A DNA stretch of 64,000 bases from Minisyncoccota bacterium (GTDB lineage Bacteria > Patescibacteriota > Minisyncoccia > UBA6257 > 2-01-FULL-56-20), in NCBI GenBank assembly GCA_035509435.1, contig DATJLR010000002.1, positions 133,774 to 197,773 of the forward strand, in the 5' to 3' direction. Position numbers and translations under genes: made by a program. The notes beneath the pieces were generated by a model. That model was not told the DNA's origin, made no database searches, and saw nothing but the letters and a program-made list of their open reading frames with translations. This document shows positions 10,080 through 19,232 of the stretch, in pieces (positions within the stretch are counted from its first letter, which is position 1; each line of letters opens with the position of its first letter).

Positions 10080-10736
10080 ATGGAATTGGCGGTCAAAACA
10101 CGCGACGTATTGGGCAAAAAAGTGAAGGCGCTCCGCAGGGAGGGCCTTATTCCCGCAGAGCTCTATGGGCACGGCTTTGAAAATATACACCTCGCGCTTC
10201 CGACAAAGGAATTCAATAAGGTTTTGAAAGAAGCCGGCTCAACGTCCGTCGTCACGCTCGTGCTTGGCAAGGAAACCAAGCCTGCGATGATCCACGAAGT
10301 GGCGCGCGATGCGGTGACGAGCGAGATCATCCACGTCGATCTGCACCAGGTGCGCATGGACGAGACGGTGAAGGCGCACGTGCCGCTCGAGTTTGTCGGC
10401 GAAGCTCCTGCCATCAAAGCATTTGCCGCTGTCATCAACAAGGCGATGTCCGAGATCGAAGTGGAAGCATTCCCGCAAAACCTCCCGCACAGCCTTACCG
10501 TCGACCTTTCTGTGCTCGACGAGATGGACAAGACGATCTACGTTAAAGATCTTGTGATCCCCAAAGGGGTGACGGTCCTCGTCGACGAGGAGATGGCGAT
10601 CGCCACCGCGACCCCGCCCGCTCCGGAAGAGGTTGCCGCGCCGGTGGAAGAAGTGGATGTCTCCGCGATCACGACCGAGGGCGAGGAAAAGAAAGCCGAA
10701 CGCGACGCCGCCAAGGAAGAGAAAAAGGAGGAATAG
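10080..10736 (+). CDS. rplY: 50S ribosomal protein L25/Ctc
   Basis: 'LRREGLIPAELYG', 'IIHVDL', acidic tail. Confidence 0.95.
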   Translation: MELAVKTRDVLGKKVKALRREGLIPAELYGHGFENIHLALPTKEFNKVLKEAGSTSVVTLVLGKETKPAMIHEVARDAVTSEIIHVDLHQVRMDETVKAHVPLEFVGEAPAIKAFAAVINKAMSEIEVEAFPQNLPHSLTVDLSVLDEMDKTIYVKDLVIPKGVTVLVDEEMAIATATPPAPEEVAAPVEEVDVSAITTEGEEKKAERDAAKEEKKEE

Positions 10737-10762
10737 GAAAAGCGCTTCCCAGAGGGAAGCGC
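10737..10762. terminator. Bidirectional terminator after rplY; has a U-tail for the minus strand
   Basis: gaaaa-gcgcttccc-aga-gggaagcgc-attt. Confidence 0.7.
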
Positions 10763-10794
10763 ATTTAATTTCAAATCCAGTCCGGTGCCCCTTG

Positions 10795-10867
10795 TGGACC
10801 CGCCCGGAGTTGCGCCGGGATCTCCCGATTGTCAAAAGCGGGCGCTCTACTGTTGAGCTACGGGCCC
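10795..10867 (-). tRNA. Non-canonical tRNA-like element: Ala-type acceptor (G3:U70, A73) with an aberrant anticodon arm (central triplet UGA)
   Basis: Minus strand GGGCCCG UA GCUC-AACAGUA-GAGC G CCCGCU-UUUGACA-AUCGGG AGAU CCCGG-CGCAACU-CCGGG CGGGUCC A; full cloverleaf with non-consensus D and T loops. Confidence 0.75.
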
Positions 10868-10921
10868 GGATCTTTTGGGGGCGTAGCCAGATTAGCAAAT
10901 TATCGATTAAAACTATCTTGA

Positions 10922-11002
10922 ACAAAAAAAGAGCCATATAGGGCCCTTTTTTTGTGACAATCGGGAGATGGTCCGCAACTCATGCGGAGCGTCCGCTTCG
11001 CC
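10922..11002 (-). ncRNA. Candidate small RNA antisense to the adjacent tRNA-like element
   Basis: Minus-strand TTGACT-16-TATGAT promoter (11034-11007); 15-nt and 8-nt complements of the tRNA-like element; terminator 10922-10955. Confidence 0.5.
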
Positions 11003-11097
11003 TATTATCATATGCCGTCCATAAATAAAGTCAAAAACTTTTTAATCAAATTTTAATCTTTCACTGGCATCTCTTCGTCCCTAATAAAAATAACGCA

Positions 11098-11190
11098 CGG
11101 GGTGCCTGGCGGATGCGGGTACGTTGTTGAGCGAGTGGACGTTCCGACGTCGGAGCGAGACAATGTGCCCGCATCCGCCAGGTAACTCTG
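11098..11190. repeat. Long REP/MITE-like palindrome
   Basis: cctggcggatgcgggtacgttgt ... acaatgtgcccgcatccgccagg (23 bp with G-U pairs) around the palindrome tccgacgtcgga. Confidence 0.7.
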
Positions 11191-11220
11191 CCTTTCTTTT
11201 TGCGTTATAATAAAAGAGCA

Positions 11221-12729
11221 ATGAAAAGGCCTTTGAAACCGAGGGTCCTTGGTGATATTTCGCGGAAAAGCGGAGACAGTCGAAGCTGGAGCGCGTTCGG
11301 TCCGCTCGCCGCGCGGGTGAATCTCGCGGAAGAGCGCGTGCTCCGGGTTCCGCTCACCAAAACCCTCCGGGTCGGCATCATCGCTTCGGCGGCGGTTTTT
11401 CTGCTGTTCGGTTCGGCCCTTGCGCCGACGTTGTTCACGAAGGCTTCCGGCGATGGCGCTTCGGCAACGAGCACCGACCCCGTCGTCCAACGTACCGCGC
11501 TTGAGACCCAGCTTTCCCAGCTGGAGGGGCAGATAGACCAGTACCAGGGGCAGATCGCGAGCTATGCAACGCAGGGAAAAACCCTGAGCGGGCAGATCGC
11601 GATGCTGAACGACAAGATCGCTTCGATCAGTTTGCAGATCCAGGCCACGCATCTTACCGCCCAGCAACTGGATAGCGACATCGCGCAGACCCAGGCTGAG
11701 ATCACGGCGACGCAGACGGATATCGCGGGGAAAAAAGCGGCGATGGGTGCGCTCATGCAGGAACTGTACCAAAACGACCAGACGCCGCTCATTCAGACCT
11801 TCCTTGAAGACCCCCAGGTTTCCGATCTTTGGAACGACACCCAGGACATAACGCTCGCGGAGAGCGACCTTCGCCTGACATCCCAGCAGATATCCGGCCT
11901 TCAGTCCCAATTGCAGAACGAGGAATCGCAATTTCAGGCATCGCAGTCCGATGTGGCAAGCGCGGCGGCATATCAGCAGGCGCAGACACAGGAGATCGCG
12001 GATACAAAATCACAGGAAGCACAGCTGCTTGCGGAAACGCAGGGACAGGAATCAAAATACCAGGCGCTCCTTGTGCAGACGCAGGCAAGCGCGGCGCAGA
12101 TCAGGAGCCAGATCTTCCAGCTGCTCGGCGGCGGCCAGCTTTCATTCGAGGATGCGTACCAATATGCATCGCTCGCGTCCAATGCGACGGGCATTGACCC
12201 CGCGTTCATCCTTGCGATCCTCGATCGCGAATCGGCGCTCGGCCAGAATCTCGGACAGTGCAATTATAAGAGCGCGATGAGCCCGTCCGACCAGCCGCTT
12301 TTCCTTGTCATCACGCAGTCGCTTGGTCTGGACCCGAACGAGATGTTCGTATCATGCCCGAATACGGATGGTACGTACGGTGGCGCGATGGGACCGGCCC
12401 AGTTCGAACCGTCCACGTGGAATGCCTATGCTTCCACGGTCCAGAAGATCACGGGCAGCGATCCGCCATCGCCCTGGAACGATGCCGACGCGTTCGTTGC
12501 CGCGGCGCTGTATCTGAAGGACAGCACGCCGGGATGCCAAAAGGCGTACGCGACCGTGATCGGAGAGGAGCGGTGCGTGGCGGCGAAGTATTACGCGGGC
12601 AGCCGATGGCAAAGCTATCTCTGGACATACGGTGAGGCGGTGGTGGAGCAGGCGCAGACGTTCGCCTCCGACATTCAGACGATCACGGCGGGCGCCGGTA
12701 GTGGCGGAAGCGGCAACGGCAACACCTGA
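11221..12729 (+). CDS. Coiled-coil protein with a C-terminal lytic transglycosylase (SLT-like) domain
   Basis: TM, Gln-rich coiled coil, 'ILDRES', 'GAMGPAQFEPSTW', 'PWNDADAFVAAALYL'. Confidence 0.85.
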   Translation: MKRPLKPRVLGDISRKSGDSRSWSAFGPLAARVNLAEERVLRVPLTKTLRVGIIASAAVFLLFGSALAPTLFTKASGDGASATSTDPVVQRTALETQLSQLEGQIDQYQGQIASYATQGKTLSGQIAMLNDKIASISLQIQATHLTAQQLDSDIAQTQAEITATQTDIAGKKAAMGALMQELYQNDQTPLIQTFLEDPQVSDLWNDTQDITLAESDLRLTSQQISGLQSQLQNEESQFQASQSDVASAAAYQQAQTQEIADTKSQEAQLLAETQGQESKYQALLVQTQASAAQIRSQIFQLLGGGQLSFEDAYQYASLASNATGIDPAFILAILDRESALGQNLGQCNYKSAMSPSDQPLFLVITQSLGLDPNEMFVSCPNTDGTYGGAMGPAQFEPSTWNAYASTVQKITGSDPPSPWNDADAFVAAALYLKDSTPGCQKAYATVIGEERCVAAKYYAGSRWQSYLWTYGEAVVEQAQTFASDIQTITAGAGSGGSGNGNT

Positions 12730-12755
12730 GCCTTTTCGCCGTATTACCTATTTCA

Positions 12756-14030
12756 ATGAAATATACAAAAAAGACCACATTGAAGAACGGCTTGCGGATC
12801 GTGTTCGTCCCGCAGCCATCCAATCTCGCCGCCACGGTGCTCATTTTGGTGCGGGCGGGATCGGAATATGAGGCAAAGCGCGAGAACGGCGTATCGCACT
12901 TTTTGGAGCATATGACGTTCAAGGGGACGGCCGACCGTCCGGAGCCGGGGATGATCTCCCATGAGCTCACCGCGCTCGGCGCGCGCTTCAATGCGTTCAC
13001 CGGCGAGGAATATACCGGCTATTACGCGAAGGCGCAGGCGGCAAAGCTGCCGAAGATACTGGAGATCATGTCCGACCTCTATCTGCACCCGCTCTTCAAC
13101 GAGAAGGAGATCGAGCGCGAGCGCGGGGTGATCATCCAGGAGATCAATATGTACGAAGACGACCTTCCCGCGCGCGCCCAGCAGATGTTTACCGCGCTTG
13201 TCTATGGCGACCAGCCGGCGGGATGGGATGTGGCCGGGGAGAAGCCGATCATCCGCCGGCTCTCGCGGCGCGATTTTGTTGCGTATCGCGACGCGCGGTA
13301 CGTCATGCCGGGGACGGTCATCATCATTGCGGGGAAGTTCAACGAAAAGGCGGCGCTCGCGCAGATCAAGGAATATTTTGCCGCGCTTCCGCGCCGCCGC
13401 GCGCCCGCAAAGAAAAAAACGGTGGAGCGGCAATCCGCGGCGCGCGTAACACTGCAGTTCAAGGAAACGGATCAGGCGCATCTTGTGCTCGGCTTCCGCG
13501 CGTTCGACATGTTCGACGAGCGGCGCTATGCCCTGCGCGTCGCGGCCGACCTTTTGGGCGGCGGGATGAGCTCGCGGCTTTTCACGCGTATCCGAGAGCG
13601 GATGGGCGCGGGGTATTACGTGTGGGCGAGCGCGGACCTTTCTCTTGACCATGGCTTGTTTTCCGTTTCTGCCGGCGTTGACCGCAAGCGGACGGAAGAG
13701 GTTGTCCGCGCGATACTCGAGGAATGCCGGGCCCTGCGTGATGGCGTCGTTCCCGAGGCCGAACTTCAGCGCACCAAGGATCATATGATCGGGGGATTGG
13801 TCCTCGGGCTTGAGACATCCGACGATCTGGCAAGCTTCTATGGCGGCCAGGAGGTGCTTGGCGGAAGGACTTTGTCTCCGGACGAGTTAACGGATAGAAT
13901 AAGGAAGGTAACAGCGGAGGATGTGCGCCGCGCGGCGGCGGCGATCATGAAGGATGACCGCCTCAATCTGGCGATCGTGGGACCCTACAAAAACAAAGCG
14001 CAATTCAAGAAAATTTTAACGATCAACTAA
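12756..14030 (+). CDS. M16 family zinc peptidase
   Basis: 'GVSHFLEHMTFKGT', 'NAFT', 'GGGMSSRLF'. Confidence 0.95.
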   Translation: MKYTKKTTLKNGLRIVFVPQPSNLAATVLILVRAGSEYEAKRENGVSHFLEHMTFKGTADRPEPGMISHELTALGARFNAFTGEEYTGYYAKAQAAKLPKILEIMSDLYLHPLFNEKEIERERGVIIQEINMYEDDLPARAQQMFTALVYGDQPAGWDVAGEKPIIRRLSRRDFVAYRDARYVMPGTVIIIAGKFNEKAALAQIKEYFAALPRRRAPAKKKTVERQSAARVTLQFKETDQAHLVLGFRAFDMFDERRYALRVAADLLGGGMSSRLFTRIRERMGAGYYVWASADLSLDHGLFSVSAGVDRKRTEEVVRAILEECRALRDGVVPEAELQRTKDHMIGGLVLGLETSDDLASFYGGQEVLGGRTLSPDELTDRIRKVTAEDVRRAAAAIMKDDRLNLAIVGPYKNKAQFKKILTIN

Positions 14031-14043
14031 CCGCACCGGCACC

Positions 14044-15072
14044 GTGAGCGCCAACGAAAAAACAACGTTCGAGATATCGTGGGTGACGCTGTGGCGCATT
14101 CTCGCGTTCATCGCGCTTGTCGCCGTGCTGTACGAGGGACGGCAGATCGTCCTCGGCGTCTTTCTCGCGATCATCATCTCGTCGGGACTTGAGGGCGTCG
14201 TGGATACGCTTGAGCGGCGCATTAGTTTGCCGCGCAGCGTGAGCGTCATTTTGATATTCCTCGCGGCGCTCATCGCGTTCGTCCTGATCGTGTACACCGT
14301 CGTGCCGTTCCTTCTCGTGGAGCTCAACACGATCTTTTCGGGCGTCAACACGGCGGACCTCGGCGGATGGGGGATATTGCTCAACCTTCCGGCGACGCAT
14401 TCGGTGAGCTCGCTCGTCGGAAAGGTTTCCACGCAGGTCATCGCGAGCAACTCCTCGCCGCTCGGCCTCTTCTCCGCCGCGCTTGGCAGTTTCGGCCTTG
14501 CGGCCGCGGTCCTCGTGAGCTCGTTCTACCTGAGCCTGAGCCATGATGGCGTAGAGCGGTTCCTTGCGGTCGTCATCCCGCCGGACTATGAGGAGACGAC
14601 GATGCGCATCTATAAGCGGTCGAAGCAGCTGATCGGCGCGTGGTTCCGCATGCAGGTGGTCCTGTCCGTCATCATGGGATTCGCAGTGTGGGGAGGGCTT
14701 TCGCTCCTCGGGGTGAAGTACGCGTTCCTGATCGGTGTCCTTGCCGCGTTCTTCGAACTCGTGCCGTTCCTTGGCCCCATTCTCTCCGGCGCCGTGGCCG
14801 TCATCGCGGCGCTTCTTACTTCGACGACGCTCGCGTTCTGGACGCTCATATTCTTCCTCATCGCCCAGCAATTCGAGTCGCACGTGCTTGTGCCGCTGCT
14901 TTCCCGCCATTCGGTGGGACTCCATCCGGTGATCGTCATCGTCGCGCTCCTTATCGGCGGAGAGATCGGTGGCATTTTGGGCATCATCATTTCGGTGCCC
15001 GTGGCGGCCGTTCTGCAGGAGGTCGTGCAGGATTGGTCCTCAAAGCGCCGGGCCGCGGCGGTTGCGCGGTAG
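14044..15072 (+). CDS. AI-2E (PerM) family transporter
   Basis: Multi-TM; 'ELVPFLGPIL', 'QQFESHVLVP', 'GLHP'. Confidence 0.9.
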   Translation: MSANEKTTFEISWVTLWRILAFIALVAVLYEGRQIVLGVFLAIIISSGLEGVVDTLERRISLPRSVSVILIFLAALIAFVLIVYTVVPFLLVELNTIFSGVNTADLGGWGILLNLPATHSVSSLVGKVSTQVIASNSSPLGLFSAALGSFGLAAAVLVSSFYLSLSHDGVERFLAVVIPPDYEETTMRIYKRSKQLIGAWFRMQVVLSVIMGFAVWGGLSLLGVKYAFLIGVLAAFFELVPFLGPILSGAVAVIAALLTSTTLAFWTLIFFLIAQQFESHVLVPLLSRHSVGLHPVIVIVALLIGGEIGGILGIIISVPVAAVLQEVVQDWSSKRRAAAVAR

Positions 15073-15097
15073 GGGCAAATAATAGTAGTCTTCCTCT

Positions 15098-16546
15098 ATG
15101 TACTCGAACGGAGAATTTTATATCACGACGCCCATCTATTATATAAACGGCGTGCCGCACATCGGCAGCGCATACACGACGATCGTGGCCGACACGCTCG
15201 CGCGGTGGCGCGAGGCGCAGGGGGAGGTCGTGACATTTTTGACGGGCACCGACGAGTTCGCGCAGAAGACGCCGGACGCCGCGGAAAAAACGGGGGAGGA
15301 GGTGCACGTCTACGCGGAGCGCATGGCGAACGCCTGGATGGAAACATGGCACAAGCTCGGCATCTCGAACACCGACTTCATCCGCACCACGGAGGAGCGC
15401 CATATCGACACGGTAAAGGATTTTTGGGGCCGCCTGGACGCCGCGGGCGATATCTATAAAGGGCAGTACGAAGGATTGTATTGCAAAGGGCACGAGGCGT
15501 TCATAAAAGAAAGCGACCTCGTTGACGGGCTCTGTCCGGAGCACAAGACGGCGCCCGAGCGCGTCGTGGAGGAGAACTATTTCTTCAAGCTTTCCAATTA
15601 TCAGCAGCGCCTTCTGGAATTTTACGAGGCGCACGGCGATTTTGTGGCGCCCGCGCACCGCTTCAACGAGGTGAAGGCGTTCGTGGAGGACGGCCTCGAA
15701 GACATCAGCTTCTCGCGCGAGCGCAAAGGCAATCGCGTGCAGTGGGGCATCCCCGTGCCGAACGATCCGGGCCAGGTGATATACGTGTGGGCCGATGCGC
15801 TCGTCAATTACATCTCCGCGATCGGCATCGAAAAATGGGAGGAGCATCCGGCGGACATCCATACGGTGGGAAAGGACATCCTGCGGTTCCACGCCGTCAT
15901 CTGGCCGGCGATGCTCATGTCGGCCGGGTTGCCTTTGCCGGGCCAGATCATCGCGAACGGGTTTCTCACGGTGAACGGCACAAAGATGGGCAAGTCGCTC
16001 GGCAACGTGATCGATCCGCTTGAGCTCACGTCGCGATACGGCAATGACGGCCTGCGCTACTTTTTGCTCCGCGAGATCTCGTACGGCGACGATGGCGATT
16101 TTTCGGAAGAAAAGATGAAAGAACGTTACAATGCGGACCTCGCGAACGGCCTCGGCAACTTTGCCGCGCGCGTGCTCACGCTTGCGGAGAAGGAGTCCGT
16201 GCAATTTGGAAGGCTTGATGCCGAGTTCGAGGCGGCGATCCGCGACGCAAAGCGCGCCGTGCAGGAAAAAATGGCGAACTTTAAATTTTCCGACGCGCTC
16301 GCCGCGATCTGGGCTGTGATTTCGCTCGGCGACCGTTACGTGAACGAAAAGAAAGTGTGGGAGATCAAAGATGCCGCCGCCCGTTCGCAGGCACTTTTCA
16401 ACCTCGTCTCGTTTCTTGATAATGTCGCCGCGATGCTCGTGCCGTTCCTGCCCGAAACGTCAAAAAAGATCACCGCCGCGATCGCCTGGAAGGACAATGT
16501 TTTAGATGTAAAAAAGCCGGAAATTCTTTTCCCGCGGATAAAATAG
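15098..16546 (+). CDS. metG: Methionyl-tRNA synthetase, short form
   Basis: 'YITTPIYY', HIGS, 'YVWADAL', 'GKDILRFH', KMGKS. Confidence 0.95.
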   Translation: MYSNGEFYITTPIYYINGVPHIGSAYTTIVADTLARWREAQGEVVTFLTGTDEFAQKTPDAAEKTGEEVHVYAERMANAWMETWHKLGISNTDFIRTTEERHIDTVKDFWGRLDAAGDIYKGQYEGLYCKGHEAFIKESDLVDGLCPEHKTAPERVVEENYFFKLSNYQQRLLEFYEAHGDFVAPAHRFNEVKAFVEDGLEDISFSRERKGNRVQWGIPVPNDPGQVIYVWADALVNYISAIGIEKWEEHPADIHTVGKDILRFHAVIWPAMLMSAGLPLPGQIIANGFLTVNGTKMGKSLGNVIDPLELTSRYGNDGLRYFLLREISYGDDGDFSEEKMKERYNADLANGLGNFAARVLTLAEKESVQFGRLDAEFEAAIRDAKRAVQEKMANFKFSDALAAIWAVISLGDRYVNEKKVWEIKDAAARSQALFNLVSFLDNVAAMLVPFLPETSKKITAAIAWKDNVLDVKKPEILFPRIK

Positions 16547-16560
16547 CGTGCCCGATATGC

Positions 16561-16591
16561 ATTTTGAAATCACAGATTATGATTTCAAAAT
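16561..16591. terminator. AT-rich hairpin between convergent genes
   Basis: attttgaaatca-cagatta-tgatttcaaaat. Confidence 0.5.
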
Positions 16592-16623
16592 CAAGCCACG
16601 CATGAGCGCCTGCCGCCCCGCTG

Positions 16624-17220
16624 CTATCGCACCCCTTGGTCAAACAAACTTTCGTAGACGCGATTAATGTCGCGTTCGAAGTGCTCCACATCGTCGTAGT
16701 TGTTCTCAAGAACGATCTCGGCGCGGCTGCCGATGTCCGGGATATCCACTTCGGTGCGTACCTTTTCCTGCTCCATGAATTTTTCCCACGTCGTCGCGCC
16801 TTCGCCCGAGCGGTTCCGCGCAAGGAGCCGTGCATGGCGCACTTTCGGATCGGCTGAGATGTAGATCAATATGGTTTTGATCCCCTCATCGTTCAATCCG
16901 CGGATCATGCGCTCGTCGCCGAGCCAGCGTACGCCGTCGAGGATCGTCACGTCGGCGGTGTCGCCAACCAGCCGGTGGCGCATCGCCCGCGAGAGCGCCC
17001 CGTCGCCGAAGCCGGTGTCCGCGTTCATGACGATCGCCATCTTTTGCTCGTTGTCGCGCCCGCGCGGAATGCCCCACAGGTCGAGCGTCTCCTTCAATAT
17101 TTCCGAGAACGTATGCCGGCTCACCGTGTATCCGTCCTCCACGAGCAGTTTCTCGAGCGTGTTCGCGCACGTTTCCTTTCCCGCGAGCGGCGCACCGACG
17201 ATGCCGATGACGAGTTTCAT
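16624..17220 (-). CDS. P-loop nucleotide kinase (dephospho-CoA kinase-like)
   Basis: 'VIGIVGAPLAGKET', 'ILDGVR', 'ADPKVRHARL'. Confidence 0.75.
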   Translation of the reverse strand: MKLVIGIVGAPLAGKETCANTLEKLLVEDGYTVSRHTFSEILKETLDLWGIPRGRDNEQKMAIVMNADTGFGDGALSRAMRHRLVGDTADVTILDGVRWLGDERMIRGLNDEGIKTILIYISADPKVRHARLLARNRSGEGATTWEKFMEQEKVRTEVDIPDIGSRAEIVLENNYDDVEHFERDINRVYESLFDQGVR

Positions 17221-17675
17221 GAGAGTGCTTTGAGCGCCTCGCGGGCGTAATATTTGACGCGTTCTTTTATGCCGAGCGCCGGATCGTCCAGTTCTGCCGA
17301 GGTGAGCCAACGGATGTCATCGCTGATCTCCCGGTTGCCTTGTTTGATGACATCGCTCTTTGATGTGGCAAAGTAAATAAAATCAACGTGCTCGTGGGTC
17401 TCATTAATCCGGTGGCGATCTATAAAACGCGGCGTAAGCACTGTTTTTGCGTCGTCAAATTGTTTCAGTGGCGCAGCGGGCACCAATTCAATATCGAGAT
17501 TCACTTCCTCCTTTACTTCGCGGATAGCAGCTTGTGGCGGATCTTCGTCCAGCTCTATATGGCCGCCTGGCGGAAGCCATACATGATATTTATCGTGTTT
17601 GCGGAGGAGGACGCGCCCCTTATTTACAATATATATGTCAGTGACGAAGTCGACTTTCTCGTGGATGTGCGGCAT
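17217..17675 (-). CDS. NUDIX hydrolase
   Basis: 'PGGHIELDEDPPQAAIREVKEEVNL'. Confidence 0.92.
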   Translation of the reverse strand: MPHIHEKVDFVTDIYIVNKGRVLLRKHDKYHVWLPPGGHIELDEDPPQAAIREVKEEVNLDIELVPAAPLKQFDDAKTVLTPRFIDRHRINETHEHVDFIYFATSKSDVIKQGNREISDDIRWLTSAELDDPALGIKERVKYYAREALKALS

Positions 17676-17714
17676 GGCTCGTGGTCGTGTCTCTATGATA
17701 GAATAACTTCATCT

Positions 17715-18596
17715 ATGCCGCAATCTCATTTCTTTGATGCCCACACCCACGTGCAATTCTCCGGCTTTGACGACGACCGCGAGGCGGTGATCCGCCGCGC
17801 CGCGGAGGCCGACGTGCGGATGGTGAACGTGGGCACCCAGCGTGATACGTCCGCCGCGGCCGTGGCGCTCGCGCACGCGCACCCCGATGGCGCAATGTAT
17901 GCGGCGGTGGGGCTCCATCCGGTGCACACCAGCCGCTCGTTCCACGACGCGCAGGAACTCGGCGCCCCTGCAGACGGCGCCGCGGCAAAAGGATTCACCT
18001 CGCGTGGCGAAGTGTTCGACACGGACTATTATAGAGCGCTCGCGCTTGATCCTGCGACGGTCGCGATAGGCGAGTGCGGCCTGGACTACTTCCATTTTGA
18101 CGAGAGCGAGCCGCGCGACGCGCAGATCGCGCGCCAGAAGGACGCGTTCGCGGCGCAGATCACGCTCGCCAAAGAAATTAAAAAACCATTGATGGTCCAT
18201 TGCCGGAACGCGTTTGCGGACGTGATAGAGATGGTCCGTCCGCACGCGCACGAACTTGTGTCCGGCGTCGTTCACTTCTTTACCGGCACGCCGGATGACG
18301 CGCGCGCGTTGTTCGAGCTTGGATTCTCGTTCACATTTGGCGGTGCGATCACGTTCCCGCCGCGCAAGGGCATGACGGAGGGCGCATACGACGAGGTCGT
18401 GAGGATCATCCCGATCGATCGCATCATGTCGGAGACCGATGCGCCGTACGTGGCGCCCGCCGCATACCGCGGCAAGAAGAACGAGCCGGCATATGTGGTG
18501 CATGCCGTCGCGCGCCTTGCGGAGCTGAAAGGCGTTTCGCCGGAAGAGATGAAGGCGCAGATCTGGGAGAACGCGAAGCGGATCTTTGGAATTTGA
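17715..18596 (+). CDS. tatD: TatD family DNase
   Basis: 'DAHTH', 'VGLHP', 'AIGECGLDY', 'ETDAPY'. Confidence 0.93.
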   Translation: MPQSHFFDAHTHVQFSGFDDDREAVIRRAAEADVRMVNVGTQRDTSAAAVALAHAHPDGAMYAAVGLHPVHTSRSFHDAQELGAPADGAAAKGFTSRGEVFDTDYYRALALDPATVAIGECGLDYFHFDESEPRDAQIARQKDAFAAQITLAKEIKKPLMVHCRNAFADVIEMVRPHAHELVSGVVHFFTGTPDDARALFELGFSFTFGGAITFPPRKGMTEGAYDEVVRIIPIDRIMSETDAPYVAPAAYRGKKNEPAYVVHAVARLAELKGVSPEEMKAQIWENAKRIFGI

Positions 18597-18657
18597 AAGT
18601 GTTAAAAAATCGTTAAATTTTATTTGCTTTTTGTTTTTGTGAGCGTATCTTGGTAGT

Positions 18658-18957
18658 ATGGAATGGATGAAGAAATTATTGACGGAAGCAAATTTGCCGG
18701 TCATCTTCTTTAAAGAAAGAGGGCAATTTGTGGCGTACACTCCTGCGCTTGATCTGTCCACTGCCGGCAAAACGCTTGGCCAGGCGGAAAAGCACTTTAA
18801 GGAAGCGGTGGGGCTCTTTTTTGAAGAATGCCACAAGATGGGAACCCTCGACGCTGTCTTGCGTGATTTGGGATGGGAAAAGAGTCGTACCGGTTGGGTT
18901 TCCCCGGTTGCTGTTGTTCAGGGATCGCGGACGATAAGCGTTCCGCTTCCTGCGTAA
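18658..18957 (+). CDS. hicB: HicB-like antitoxin
   Basis: 'FVAYTPALDLSTAGKT...FKEAVGLFFEE'. Confidence 0.8.
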   Translation: MEWMKKLLTEANLPVIFFKERGQFVAYTPALDLSTAGKTLGQAEKHFKEAVGLFFEECHKMGTLDAVLRDLGWEKSRTGWVSPVAVVQGSRTISVPLPA

Positions 18958-18965
18958 GTGCACGC

Positions 18966-19196
18966 ATGACGGGACTGCGTCAGGTCTCGTGGAAAGAATT
19001 TGAAAAATTTCTCATAAAGATCGGCTGTGTTTTTGTACGTGAAAAAGGCGACCATAGAGTTTGGAAGCGGCGAGGATTGAGGCGACCCATCGTTTTGCCG
19101 AGAGTAGATCCGCCTCCAATCTTTGTGGTCAGAAACAATCTTCGCCTGTTGGATGTTTCAGTCGAAGAATATTTGGAAGCCGTTAGGAAACATTGA
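18966..19196 (+). CDS. hicA: HicA-like toxin
   Basis: 'GCVFVREKGDHRVW...RPIVLP'. Confidence 0.8.
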   Translation: MTGLRQVSWKEFEKFLIKIGCVFVREKGDHRVWKRRGLRRPIVLPRVDPPPIFVVRNNLRLLDVSVEEYLEAVRKH

Positions 19197-19232
19197 GAAA
19201 ACGGGCGCAAAGGCTTAGAATGGGTAAGTACT

